Below are positions 28,668 through 38,720 of a DNA stretch of 64,000 nt, piece after piece. Numbering within the stretch: position 1 is the stretch's first letter; every line of letters starts with the position of its first letter. Location of the stretch: IMG/VR virus record IMGVR_UViG_3300020183_006727, one strand, 5' to 3'. The stretch is from an uncultured virus (IMG/VR IMGVR_UViG_3300020183_006727). Taxonomy: Duplodnaviria; Heunggongvirae; Uroviricota; Caudoviricetes. The position numbers and the translations under genes are program-made. The notes below the pieces were generated by a model, which was given only the letters and a program-made list of their open reading frames with translations, ran no database searches and had not been told where the DNA came from.

Positions 28668-29161
28668 CAACTGAAGTTGCAAATGAAGTAAATGTATCCA
28701 TGCTGACGGATTTTGCCCGTTCAGAGTTTGTCGTCGCCACCAGGGCAAGGGAGTCTGCTGGGCAGGGGCAGGCAATCGACCCATGGATCGTCCGAATCGA
28801 AGGAGCCGTGATAAGGATGCTAGAGATCCTTGAGGGTCTTCCTGGCGACGACCGCAGCAGGTGGCTGGCGTCTTCACTCTTTGGTCGCCTCTCCCAGATG
28901 CAAGTCATCACCCCGCTCACCGGGACAGAAGATGAGTGGCATCCGACCGACGGCGAGGGGAAGCAGCAGAGCACACGTTGTGCCCATGTGTTCCGTCGGG
29001 CGGACGGAACCTCGTTCGACGCTCATGCAGTGGTCATTATCTCAGATCAGAACACCCCTCAGGGTGTCGAGGCAAGAGAGATCTCTTTCCCGTACATGCC
29101 ACGACAGGAATTCATTCGCGCAAAGACCGATAATACTGCCGAGCCACCTCAGCCCCAGTGA
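28664..29161 (+). CDS. Hypothetical phage protein
   Basis: ITPLTGTEDEW...Q..RC..VF...I.FPY.P motif. Confidence 0.75.
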
Positions 29162-29401
29162 CACATCCACCATCAGGAATTTACTCCGTATAGAAGTGGA
29201 ACCTTCACTGTCTTCAAGGATGGTGAAACATGCTCACATATTGGTGGAGCAGTTGGTGATTGAGATGGAGAGATTGCAGTCATAAACCAAGCAGGAGACG
29301 CAGAAGATATGACACCTTTTGGATATTTGTGTCTTCTGTACGCCCATAACATCAAGAATGGTTCCGACTAGACATCCAAATAGAGCAACCGCTCATTACG
29401 A

Positions 29402-29474
29402 GACACCGTAGCTCAGCTGGTAGAGCAAGTGGCTTTTAACCTCTAGGTCCTGGGTTCGATCCCCAGTGGTGTCA
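29402..29474 (+). tRNA. tRNA-Lys(TTT)
   Basis: GACACCG/TGGTGTC acceptor stem, D-arm GCTC/GAGC, anticodon loop CTTTTAA, GGTTCGATCC; no encoded CCA. Confidence 0.92.
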
Positions 29475-29485
29475 TTAGAGACCGT

Positions 29486-29857
29486 ATGGACAACGACAAA
29501 GCAATCAAGCCCAAAGAAGATTTGAGATTTGTGTGGCACGATAAGTACCCGTGGATACACTGTCACATCGAATGCGGCACTGGGTGGGATGTTCTGCTTG
29601 ACAGACTTTTTAAGTTGATGGATGCGTCTTGGCGCAAGATGAAGGAACCTGAAGAGGAGCGCTTTTCCGTGATGCAGGTGAAGGAAAAGTTTGGAACCCT
29701 GAGGGTGTATATTGCGGGTCAGCACCAACAGGAGATTGGGGGCATGATAAATATGGCAGAAACCATGTCTGGAGCGATCTGCGAGATGTGCGGAGCTTCA
29801 GGATCCATGACCAAAAATGGGTCATGGTTCATGACGCGCTGCACATCTTGCTCGTGA
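29486..29857 (+). CDS. Conserved hypothetical phage protein
   Basis: ECG.GW, QVKEKFGTLRVY, CEMCG...RC..C. Confidence 0.8.
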   Translation: MDNDKAIKPKEDLRFVWHDKYPWIHCHIECGTGWDVLLDRLFKLMDASWRKMKEPEEERFSVMQVKEKFGTLRVYIAGQHQQEIGGMINMAETMSGAICEMCGASGSMTKNGSWFMTRCTSCS

Positions 29858-29864
29858 CCAATTT

Positions 29865-29938
29865 GGGATTGTAGCTTAATCGGATGAAGCAGCCGCCTTC
29901 TAAGCGGCAGATTGTGGGTTCGAGTCCCGCCAGTCCCG
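29865..29938 (+). tRNA. tRNA-Arg(TCT)
   Basis: GGGATTG/CAGTCCC acceptor stem, GCCGC-CTTCTAA-GCGGC anticodon arm, GGTTCGAGTCC. Confidence 0.92.
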
Positions 29939-29963
29939 TTGTTGGGGAGCGTATGATTGTTTT

Positions 29964-30272
29964 ATGTTTGATGAACAGACTAAAAACCGTATACGTGCGG
30001 CAGGGTTTCAGCAAGTTGATCAGGATGAGCAGGAATGCATTAGGGCGATCATGAACGAACTGGAGCAGACAAGATCAAGGGCGGAGATGAGGGCAAAGGA
30101 AGCAGAGGCTTTGCGCCTTGCGCTGAAGAATTCGCAGGCTGATATTTGGGTTCAGCGTGAGATGTACATGGCGGTGCAGAACCAATGGGGTGCTGTTCTG
30201 CGAAAGATGTACCAGATGGTCAGTGAGACTGAAGCGACAGCAGCCACGCAGAACACCATGCGTCAGAGTTAA
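29964..30272 (+). CDS. Coiled-coil hypothetical protein
   Basis: GGGGAG upstream; helical composition. Confidence 0.65.
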   Translation: MFDEQTKNRIRAAGFQQVDQDEQECIRAIMNELEQTRSRAEMRAKEAEALRLALKNSQADIWVQREMYMAVQNQWGAVLRKMYQMVSETEATAATQNTMRQS

Positions 30273-30293
30273 TTCTTAAAATACGCCATTTGC

Positions 30294-30328
30294 ACGACAA
30301 AACCGCACCCTGGGTGCGGTTTTGTCGT
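30294..30328. terminator. Perfect inverted repeat, probable bidirectional terminator
   Basis: ACGACAAAACCGCACCC-T-GGGTGCGGTTTTGTCGT. Confidence 0.7.
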
Positions 30329-30364
30329 TGGAGGGGTGATGGCAATCGGTAGGTAAATAGTTAT

Positions 30365-31369
30365 GTGTACGTGGAACATAAAAACAAAAAAACATGGCTG
30401 GTGACGGGTGGTTGCGGATTCATAGGTTCGCATCTGGTGGACGCCATAATGTCAGCAGGCGACAGGGTGGTGAACATAGACAACCTGGCACCATCGGTGC
30501 ACATCGGGAGCACGCCAACGCCTGGGGGGGATGAATTTATTCATGCCGACATTGGTGACGCAGATGTCGTTATGGATACTCTGAAGAGGAACAACCCTTG
30601 GCGTGTGATAAATCTTGCAGCTGAAACACATGTTGACAGATCCATATCGTCTCCTGGTGATTTTTTTAAATCAAATGTTGAATCGACATGGAGATTTGTG
30701 GATGCCGTCAACAGGTGGCGAGAAGCTGAAGGCGTGTCTGACTTTTTATTTGTGCATGTGAGTACTGATGAGGTTTACGGCTCCCGAAAGCCTCATGATC
30801 CCCCCACAGATGAAATGGACAGATACCACCCAAGAAATCCATACGCTGCAAGCAAAGCGGCCTCTGATCATGTGGTGCGGGCTTGGGGCGAGACATTCGG
30901 TCTTCCACATGTGGTGACCAATTGCTCAAATAATTATGGACCAAGACAGTTTAGAGAAAAATTCATACCCAACACAATATCGTGCGCCATGTCAGGCAGA
31001 GAAGTACCCATATATGGAGACGGCAGACAAGTGAGAGAGTGGCTGCATGTCAAAGACCACTGCGATGCCCTCGTTTTGATTGCCAAGTCGTCCGCTGCTG
31101 GTGAGACATACAACATATCTTCAGAAGACTTTAGAGAAAACATATGGGTTGCCAAAGAGATTCTGAAGACGATGGAAGATTTGGACGGCGAAAAGTATGG
31201 ACACCTCATCACCCATGTAAAAGACAGGATTGGACATGACTGCAGATATGCCATAAAATCATCCAAGTTGCAGAAAGAGCTCGGGTGGAGGGCAAAAAAA
31301 TCATTGAGCGATGGACTTCGTGAAACTGTTGCTTGGTACATGAACAACAGAGAATGGATGGCACGATGA
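30365..31369 (+). CDS. rmlB: dTDP-glucose 4,6-dehydratase
   Basis: VTGGCGFIGS, AAETHVDRSI, HVSTDEVYG, YAASKA, NCSNNYGP. Confidence 0.95.
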   Translation: MYVEHKNKKTWLVTGGCGFIGSHLVDAIMSAGDRVVNIDNLAPSVHIGSTPTPGGDEFIHADIGDADVVMDTLKRNNPWRVINLAAETHVDRSISSPGDFFKSNVESTWRFVDAVNRWREAEGVSDFLFVHVSTDEVYGSRKPHDPPTDEMDRYHPRNPYAASKAASDHVVRAWGETFGLPHVVTNCSNNYGPRQFREKFIPNTISCAMSGREVPIYGDGRQVREWLHVKDHCDALVLIAKSSAAGETYNISSEDFRENIWVAKEILKTMEDLDGEKYGHLITHVKDRIGHDCRYAIKSSKLQKELGWRAKKSLSDGLRETVAWYMNNREWMAR

Positions 31370-32244
31370 GGGGGATAATTTTGGCAGGGGGGACAGGAAG
31401 TAGACTATATCCCGCCACAAAGGCAATATCGAAGCATCTGCTTCCCGTCTACGACAAACCAATGGTCTATTATCCCATATCCGTCCTCATGCTTGCGGGC
31501 ATCAGGGACATCATGGTGATCACGACGCCACAGGACAGAGATAATTTTGTACGCCTGCTTGGCGATGGATCATCGTGGGGTTTGAATCTGACCATAGAGG
31601 TTCAGCAGTCGCCTCGGGGACTTGCGGAAGCCTTCCTGATTGGGGAAGAGTTTATTGCGGGCGGAAGGTGCTGTCTTGCCCTTGGTGACAACATCTTTTA
31701 TGGAGCGGGATTCACCGGTCAATTGGAAGAAGCCGTTTCAAGAACGCATGGTGCGACGATTTTTGGATACATGGTCAAGAACCCACGAGACTTTGGGGTG
31801 GTTGAACTTGACAGTAGCGGGATGCCAGTGTCCATAGAGGAGAAGCCAATCGAACCACGGTCAGACCTGGCTGTCCCTGGGCTGTACTTTTATGATGAAA
31901 GGGTTTGCGAATTCGCACGCAAGGTGACTCCATCTGTAAATGGAGAGTTGTCTATAACATCAATCAACCAGATGTATCTTGGACATGGAGAACTCCATGT
32001 AATACGACTCGGTAGGGGTTTCACATGGTTCGACACCGGAACCCATGACAGTCTGCTGGAAGCATCAAACTTCGTCCATAGCGTGGAGGAGAAGCATGGG
32101 TTCAAGATAGCGTGTCTTGAGGAGATAGCGATGCAAAAAGGATGGGTTCTTTCCGAGACGATAAAAAGTAGTGGTTTCAGTTCTCCACAGATGTCTAGAT
32201 ACATGGAGTATGTGAGCAGAATGTTGCCAAAGGTCAGGATCTAA
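31366..32244 (+). CDS. rmlA: Glucose-1-phosphate thymidylyltransferase
   Basis: GIILAGGTGSRLYP.T...SK.LLPVYDKPM, LGDNIFYG, EEKP, W.DTGTHDSL. Confidence 0.96.
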   Translation: MRGIILAGGTGSRLYPATKAISKHLLPVYDKPMVYYPISVLMLAGIRDIMVITTPQDRDNFVRLLGDGSSWGLNLTIEVQQSPRGLAEAFLIGEEFIAGGRCCLALGDNIFYGAGFTGQLEEAVSRTHGATIFGYMVKNPRDFGVVELDSSGMPVSIEEKPIEPRSDLAVPGLYFYDERVCEFARKVTPSVNGELSITSINQMYLGHGELHVIRLGRGFTWFDTGTHDSLLEASNFVHSVEEKHGFKIACLEEIAMQKGWVLSETIKSSGFSSPQMSRYMEYVSRMLPKVRI

Positions 32245-32245
32245 A

Positions 32246-33088
32246 ATGATTTCAGTGTTCGGCTCTACCGGATTCATTGGAAGCAACTTTGTCTCCATGT
32301 TCAAAGAAGAATGCCTTCCCATTGGAAGGTATGAAAATAAGTCATGCAGCGATGACGTTTTGTACATGATAAGCACGACAGACAACTATAACATTTTTGA
32401 CAAACCCACTCTAGATATTGATACCAACATAACAAAACTGATACATGTTCTAGAAGATTACAGAAAATCTGGTCGAAGGGGTGTCTTTAACTTTGTCAGT
32501 TCTTGGTTTGTTTATGGAGCAAATTCCACCGTCAATACACATGAATGCACTCCGTGTGATCCAAGAGGATTTTATTCGATTACGAAAAGAGTTGCAGAGC
32601 AACTGCTTATTTCCTATTGCACAACATTCGAAATTGAATACAGGATTCTCAGGCTTGCAAGCATCACTGGAAGAATTGACCATAGGGCATCTAGCAAAAA
32701 AAATGCCATCCAGTACCTGTTCGAGAAATTGGCCATCGGAAATACCGTTGAGCTTTATGATGGAGGTCATTCTATTAGAGATTTCATGCATGTGGATGAT
32801 TGCTGTCGTGCGATTATGAACTGCATAAGATGCAGCGAAAAAAACTTTGTCGTCAACATCAGTAATTCAAGCCCCATGACAATAAAAGATGCTGTCGAAT
32901 ATGGAAAAATAAGGTTAGAGTCGTCTTCAAAGATAGTGAGCATAAATACGCCTGTATTTCATAAGATTGTTCAGGTTAATGATGTGTGTCTCAATAATCA
33001 TAAGCTATTGAGCCTGGGCTATCAGCCAAAAATTACATCCCTAGAGGCTCTCGATTGTCTTGCCCGTGAGGTTAAAAAAAATGATTGA
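32246..33088 (+). CDS. NAD-dependent epimerase/dehydratase (extended SDR)
   Basis: GSTGFIGS, SSWFVYG, YSITK, RDFMHVDD. Confidence 0.88.
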   Translation: MISVFGSTGFIGSNFVSMFKEECLPIGRYENKSCSDDVLYMISTTDNYNIFDKPTLDIDTNITKLIHVLEDYRKSGRRGVFNFVSSWFVYGANSTVNTHECTPCDPRGFYSITKRVAEQLLISYCTTFEIEYRILRLASITGRIDHRASSKKNAIQYLFEKLAIGNTVELYDGGHSIRDFMHVDDCCRAIMNCIRCSEKNFVVNISNSSPMTIKDAVEYGKIRLESSSKIVSINTPVFHKIVQVNDVCLNNHKLLSLGYQPKITSLEALDCLAREVKKND

Positions 33089-34433
33089 ACCGACTATCAA
33101 CAAAACTTCCATAGAAAGTCAAATTTACAACTTGATAGAGCAGTTGTTTAATGAAAACAAGTCTGAATGGACGGAGGGTCGTGATTGGGTGAGATACGCT
33201 GGTAGCTTTTTTGATGCTGCCGAATACAAGGCAGGAGTTCAATCTTTGCTATCAGGATGGCTAGGACTCGGAGACAGCGGAATAAGATTTGAGAGAAAGT
33301 TTTCCAAATTGATGGATAAGGGATTTGGTGCTCTTGTAAACAGTGGTTCAAGTGCCAATCTTTTGATGGTATCTGCATTAAAGTCCAAGCGCCTTTGGAA
33401 CTTGCCAAAAGGAAGCAAGATAATAACACCAGTAGCCGGGTTCCCTACGACAGTCAATCCAATTATGCAAAATGGTTTCAAGCCCGTATTCGTAGATATT
33501 GACATCGATGGTCTGAATATGAATTTGAGACAGGTTGAAGATGCAGCCAAAAAAGGCGCAAAAGCAATCATGTTTGCACATGTCCTTGGGAATCCTCCGG
33601 ATATGGACTGGCTTATGTCCATAGTGAAGAATTACGATTTGATATTGCTAGAAGACTGTTGCGATGCACTTGGAAGTACATTTGACAAACGTCCTTTGGG
33701 GTCATTTGGAGACATGGCTTCCTGTTCTTTCTATCCTGCACATCATATAACCATGGGCGAAGGAGGCTTTGTCGCATGTCGGTCAGAAACTTGCGCTGAG
33801 GTGGTAAAAAGCCTCAGAGAATGGGGACGAGGATGTTACTGCACGGGACAAGGGTCGTCATGTCTGAAGAACGGAATGTGCAAAAAAAGATTCAGCAATT
33901 GGCTTCCTGCGTTCCCGGATGATGTTTTTGACCACAAGTACATTTATGAGGAAATAGGATACAACTTAAAGCCCTTAGATTTACAAGCAGCAATTGGACT
34001 TGTGCAGCTAGAAAAGCTAGAGCTTTTCGCACAAAGGAGGCAAAGGAATTTTGCAAGGCTAATGGATATCTTCAGTAAATATGACTCTGTGTTCCATCTT
34101 CCTTGCGCCACCAGCAAATCCGACCCATCTTGGTTTGCATTCCCATTGACAATAAGAGACGGAGTCTATTTAAAGCGTTCACATTTTACAATGTACCTTG
34201 AAGACAACAGGATACAGACAAGGAACTATTTCGGAGGTAATCTGTTGTTGCAGCCGGCATATTCGGATTTGGCAAAGACATGCGATCCAAAAAAGAAATA
34301 TCCAAACGCCACGAAGTCAACAAGAGACACATTTTTTGTGGGCACAAGTCAAGTCATAGACGACAGGCAGTTGGACTATGTGCAGAAAGTTGTAGACGCC
34401 TATTTTGAGAGGGCGGCAAACATAAGGGTGTGA
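33081..34433 (+). CDS. rfbH: NDP-4-keto-6-deoxyglucose 3-dehydrase (RfbH/DdhC, E1 type)
   Basis: VNSGSSANL, EDCCDALG, SFYPAHHITMGEGG (His in place of Lys), WGRGCYC...C...C cluster, TR..FGGN. Confidence 0.9.
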   Translation: MIEPTINKTSIESQIYNLIEQLFNENKSEWTEGRDWVRYAGSFFDAAEYKAGVQSLLSGWLGLGDSGIRFERKFSKLMDKGFGALVNSGSSANLLMVSALKSKRLWNLPKGSKIITPVAGFPTTVNPIMQNGFKPVFVDIDIDGLNMNLRQVEDAAKKGAKAIMFAHVLGNPPDMDWLMSIVKNYDLILLEDCCDALGSTFDKRPLGSFGDMASCSFYPAHHITMGEGGFVACRSETCAEVVKSLREWGRGCYCTGQGSSCLKNGMCKKRFSNWLPAFPDDVFDHKYIYEEIGYNLKPLDLQAAIGLVQLEKLELFAQRRQRNFARLMDIFSKYDSVFHLPCATSKSDPSWFAFPLTIRDGVYLKRSHFTMYLEDNRIQTRNYFGGNLLLQPAYSDLAKTCDPKKKYPNATKSTRDTFFVGTSQVIDDRQLDYVQKVVDAYFERAANIRV

Positions 34434-34445
34434 AGGGTTCCTGAC

Positions 34446-35564
34446 ATGAAGATATCGATTAACATACTTGGGACATCGAAAAATATAGATCGATTGAGGG
34501 TTTTGACAGCCTGTGCAATACGTTCACAAAGACATGAAGTGACAATGAATTTTATGGCCGAGGGTGAAAAGCCTAGTTTTCTTCCTCAGGATTGGAACTG
34601 GATTCCAAGTGAGAAATACAGACTGCCTGATCGCCATGTCCATGCCTTGATAGACGGTGTGGCCAATGAGTCATATGACTATAACATATTCTGTGATGAT
34701 GATGTTATCATAGATGTGGATAGGTTTGTTGAAATTGCAAATCAGCAAAATGGACCATGCGTATGGACTACACATCCAGGAGAATACTGCAAAATAGAAA
34801 CTGCACAAGCAATAAGAAAGCACGCAAGAAGATATCTAAATAACCGTCAGTTATCTTCAATGTGGTGTGGGTATTGCACGTCAGTGATAAACAGAGAGTT
34901 ATGTGTTGATGTAAGAAAAAACGAAGATTTGCTAAAATGTATGCTACAAATATCTCATGACATATCTAGGAGCAGTTTTATACCTGATTTGCAGATTTCA
35001 ATACTAGCCTTTCTTGCAGGAGCACAGCATGTTCGTGGAATGACAAATCGTGGTACTTGTTGGCCAGACTTTGTAAATTCGTCTTTGCTCATTCATTCCG
35101 GAACGCAATGGCATATCCATGCCACTGGAGAGAGTCCGACTGTTCCTCCTGATGCATTGATATGCGCATTGAAAAATGCACCATTCGGTGATGCGAAAGA
35201 TTTGCTAAAAACTATTCATCCTACGATTAGTTCCGGGGTTAAGGCAAAGAATTATTTGGATATGCCATTCCATTTAGCGTGGTTTTGGAGGCCGTGGAGA
35301 AGTCGAATAGACTATCCAGACCAAAACGATATTGCCATAAACGACTGTGTCATGCATGCTAATGGAAGATTTCAATCAAAAGGAAGACCTGATCTTGATG
35401 GAGCATGGGAGCCAGCTGCAGGGGGGTGGAAGATTGATGCAGCAAGTCATTCGAGTACAATTGATTTTTTTGGTCTTTACGACAATCGATTTCCGGTTGG
35501 CATAGGGCAACAAAAATGGAAAGGATACGATTCGTCCGTTTTCATGCTTGTTCCCATTTTATAG
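34446..35564 (+). CDS. Putative GT-A glycosyltransferase (paralog of the next gene)
   Basis: ILGTSKNIDRL, YDY.IFCDDDVIIDVD shared with 35658. Confidence 0.6.
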   Translation: MKISINILGTSKNIDRLRVLTACAIRSQRHEVTMNFMAEGEKPSFLPQDWNWIPSEKYRLPDRHVHALIDGVANESYDYNIFCDDDVIIDVDRFVEIANQQNGPCVWTTHPGEYCKIETAQAIRKHARRYLNNRQLSSMWCGYCTSVINRELCVDVRKNEDLLKCMLQISHDISRSSFIPDLQISILAFLAGAQHVRGMTNRGTCWPDFVNSSLLIHSGTQWHIHATGESPTVPPDALICALKNAPFGDAKDLLKTIHPTISSGVKAKNYLDMPFHLAWFWRPWRSRIDYPDQNDIAINDCVMHANGRFQSKGRPDLDGAWEPAAGGWKIDAASHSSTIDFFGLYDNRFPVGIGQQKWKGYDSSVFMLVPIL

Positions 35565-35657
35565 ATTCTCAGGTTATTTGTTGGGAAATCGGCATGTTAT
35601 AAAACTACATGATAAAATAAGCGAAAAAGCAACGAAATCAACACTTCATGAAAGGAT

Positions 35658-36830
35658 ATGATTATGAGAAAAAAGGTAGCGTGCATCATCCTTGGGACAA
35701 GCAAGAATATAGACAGGCTTCATGTGCTGACCGCCGGAGCTATCAAGTCAACAAAACATGATGTATTTATGAAGTTTGTTTCCGAAGGCCCACGCCCAGA
35801 CTTCATCCCGCAAGAGTGGGAATGGATTTCTGCAGATCATGTACAGGTACAAAATAAATCTGCTCATCCCACAAGCAGACGGCATGCATGGGCTCTAGAG
35901 CATGGAATAGCATCTACCGATTATGATTATTGCATATTTTGTGATGACGATGTTATAATTGATGTAGACAAGTTCTGTGATTTGGCGAAACAAGAAGATG
36001 GCAAGCCTGCATGTTGGATCACAACTCCCGGCATCGATTTATGCGCATGGGGTCATGTTCACGACTTGGCAGCAAAGCATTTTCCTGGATTTGATTTGTG
36101 TCACATATTTATGGCAGGATGCGTAGCTGTAGTTAATAGAGAATTTATAGAACTATCTTCATCTCAAAAGAATATGTGGCATGGCAAACTTCAGGACTGG
36201 TCAGACGAGGTAGGAACGCCTGATATCGCGATTTGTCTACTTGCTGGATTGCTTAAAGTCAAGACTATAAAAGGATCGGATTGGGGAGATTCTGGAGGGA
36301 CGGGGAGGCCGTCGTTGGTTTGCTCTTCTGTTTTGTGCAAAACCGGAGATCGCTGGTTTGTGCACGGAACATTTAGGAGAACTCTACATGTAAATGCCGA
36401 GTCACTTCAGAAGGCCCTTCTCAAAGCGCCAATGGATGTAGATAACCTGATTTCCAAATTGTATTACAGTCTTAAAAAAGGATTCAAAGCCAAGAATTTT
36501 GTTGGCAAGGATTTGGCTCTTAAGATGTACTGGTGTCCCTGGCATCTTGAGCATCAAACAGGATGTCAGTTTGGACATAATGTGGTTTACAGAATGATTA
36601 AGTTGATGGATGATGGATCAATAATGGAGTGCTTGAGCGATAAAAGCACGAAGTTAGCAGGATCATGGAAGGCGTGCGAAGATGGGTTTGTTATCGAAAT
36701 CGAAGGCACTGTGCCGCATATATTTAAATGGACATTCAATAACAATCCAGTTGGATATCCGACAATCACGCCCAATAGCGACTATTGGGGGCACCTTGTG
36801 CAGTTAGTCTGTGAGCAAAAGGATGAATAA
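35658..36830 (+). CDS. Putative GT-A glycosyltransferase (paralog)
   Basis: Same motifs as 34446; DxD. Confidence 0.6.
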   Translation: MIMRKKVACIILGTSKNIDRLHVLTAGAIKSTKHDVFMKFVSEGPRPDFIPQEWEWISADHVQVQNKSAHPTSRRHAWALEHGIASTDYDYCIFCDDDVIIDVDKFCDLAKQEDGKPACWITTPGIDLCAWGHVHDLAAKHFPGFDLCHIFMAGCVAVVNREFIELSSSQKNMWHGKLQDWSDEVGTPDIAICLLAGLLKVKTIKGSDWGDSGGTGRPSLVCSSVLCKTGDRWFVHGTFRRTLHVNAESLQKALLKAPMDVDNLISKLYYSLKKGFKAKNFVGKDLALKMYWCPWHLEHQTGCQFGHNVVYRMIKLMDDGSIMECLSDKSTKLAGSWKACEDGFVIEIEGTVPHIFKWTFNNNPVGYPTITPNSDYWGHLVQLVCEQKDE

Positions 36831-36833
36831 TCT

Positions 36834-37727
36834 ATGGCCGAAAACTCAACCATAAAAAAAAGCACACCACTTACCAATGTACTGTTTGTAAACCATTTTG
36901 GTCATGTTGACTTTTTGAACGACCATGTGTATGAGGGATTCGTTCGCCAGCCTGGATTTAAGATTTGGGAGACGCACCACCCTTTCTACATGCTTGAGGG
37001 ATGCCCTGACCTGAATGGAATGTGGGGCAGGGGAATAGGGTACGGAAAAATGGCACATGTTCCCAATTTAGAAGATGCACAAACAATCAAGGATAAAATC
37101 CTAAATAAGTTCTATGATCTGATTGTATATGGAAGCATTCGTAGATGTAGAGATCATTTTGAAGATGTAAGTAAGGTGTATCCTTTTGATCGTGTGCTAA
37201 TTTTTGATGGAGAAGACGATCAAGGGACAGATATGTCTTTAACACAGTATGGACTATACTTCAAAAGAGAACTTGTTACGGGCCGGCCTAGAGTTCTGCC
37301 AATAAGTTTTGCAGCAACAGAATCTGCTGTTGCTACCAAATTTCTAGAAAAGGAACAGATGTTTGGCACATGCATACCCGGCGATCCGTCAACTTACAAG
37401 TGGAACTTTTGGACACAAAAAGATTATTACACAGACTACAACAAATCTTTTTTTGGAGTCACTCACAAAAAGGCAGGGTGGGACTGTAACCGGCACTACG
37501 AGGTACTAGCTTCCCACTGCGTACCGTATTTTCCTAATCTTGAAGCCTGTCCAACCTTGACAATGACCAATTTCCCAAAGAAACAAGTAATCAATGCGAA
37601 TAGATGGGCTGAACAAAAAATCGTCCCATCCGACTACGCGGAAATACTTGATGAGTTGTTCGCATTCACCAAGGAAAATTTGATTACTGAGAAGATGGTT
37701 GCCAAGATGGTTCTCAGCAAACTTTGA
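36834..37727 (+). CDS. Putative glycosyltransferase (GT-B-like)
   Basis: DGED, YFKRE, KKAGWDCNRHYE...CVPYF. Confidence 0.6.
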   Translation: MAENSTIKKSTPLTNVLFVNHFGHVDFLNDHVYEGFVRQPGFKIWETHHPFYMLEGCPDLNGMWGRGIGYGKMAHVPNLEDAQTIKDKILNKFYDLIVYGSIRRCRDHFEDVSKVYPFDRVLIFDGEDDQGTDMSLTQYGLYFKRELVTGRPRVLPISFAATESAVATKFLEKEQMFGTCIPGDPSTYKWNFWTQKDYYTDYNKSFFGVTHKKAGWDCNRHYEVLASHCVPYFPNLEACPTLTMTNFPKKQVINANRWAEQKIVPSDYAEILDELFAFTKENLITEKMVAKMVLSKL

Positions 37728-37848
37728 AATGCGCATGGAATGCTTCAGAGATTACCGACAAAATAATATGAATGGTTGAATAGGGGTGTTTTCTGGTGAC
37801 AAAGGTGACTTCAAAACCAAATAGAAAGGCATAGAGATAAAAAAAGTC

Positions 37849-38697
37849 ATGTGTCATCATGCAGAAATTCTTTTTGAGCAAGGATTGTGGGAACTATCTT
37901 TCATCACACAGGAGTTATTGCCAAACATTCCTGTAAATTTTTTCCAGTGGCAAAAAATAAAAACAATAGAGTTTTCCAAAAATACAAAATATGGAATTTT
38001 GGTGTTCACATCCAATGTGCATTCATATCATGATGTTGCAGATGTATGTGAAAGAATAAAGCCAACAATCATAATACATTGTTCTGATGAGTGGGGGAAT
38101 AGGCCAAAATTTGACAGTCTAAGTAATTATTGCCAACTGTATCTTAGGCAGTATCGTCATGCAGGCTACCCTTGTTGTAAAAACGTTACAATTATACCAT
38201 TAGGATATGGCGTTGACATGTTCTCGGAACCATGCGCGAAAACATCTTTGACTCCATCTTGCGAAAGATCACGTATGTGGTCTTTCGTTGGGAATATGAA
38301 GTCTGACCGAGCAAAAATGCATGCGGCTTTCGGCAAATTGGAAAATGGATTTTTTGGGAATGCAGACAAGACTACTATGAAAAATATGTATCTTAACTCA
38401 AAGTTTGTGCCAATTGGGAGGGGTAATTTGTCCCTCAATTGCTTGAGAATATACGAGGCGCTATCAGCTGGCGCTTTGCCAGTGGTGGTTGGAAGTCTCG
38501 ACGAAATAAGAGAAACATTCATAGATGAAAAAATAGAAGGATGGGTGGTTGCCTCTTCATGGGAAGAGGCAGCAGAAAAATGTAGAAGCATATCAGACGA
38601 TGAGAAAATAATGAATCAAAAACAACATATTGCTATAAATGACTGGAGAACTCGTCTAGAAGAGTTGCAAAAAAAACTTGTAAGCAAAATGCATTGA
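37849..38697 (+). CDS. Exostosin/GT47-like glycosyltransferase
   Basis: WSFVG...R, SKF.P.GRG...C.RIYEAL.AGALPVV. Confidence 0.65.
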   Translation: MCHHAEILFEQGLWELSFITQELLPNIPVNFFQWQKIKTIEFSKNTKYGILVFTSNVHSYHDVADVCERIKPTIIIHCSDEWGNRPKFDSLSNYCQLYLRQYRHAGYPCCKNVTIIPLGYGVDMFSEPCAKTSLTPSCERSRMWSFVGNMKSDRAKMHAAFGKLENGFFGNADKTTMKNMYLNSKFVPIGRGNLSLNCLRIYEALSAGALPVVVGSLDEIRETFIDEKIEGWVVASSWEEAAEKCRSISDDEKIMNQKQHIAINDWRTRLEELQKKLVSKMH

Positions 38698-38720
38698 AAG
38701 TAGTTATAGAAAAGTTTGAG

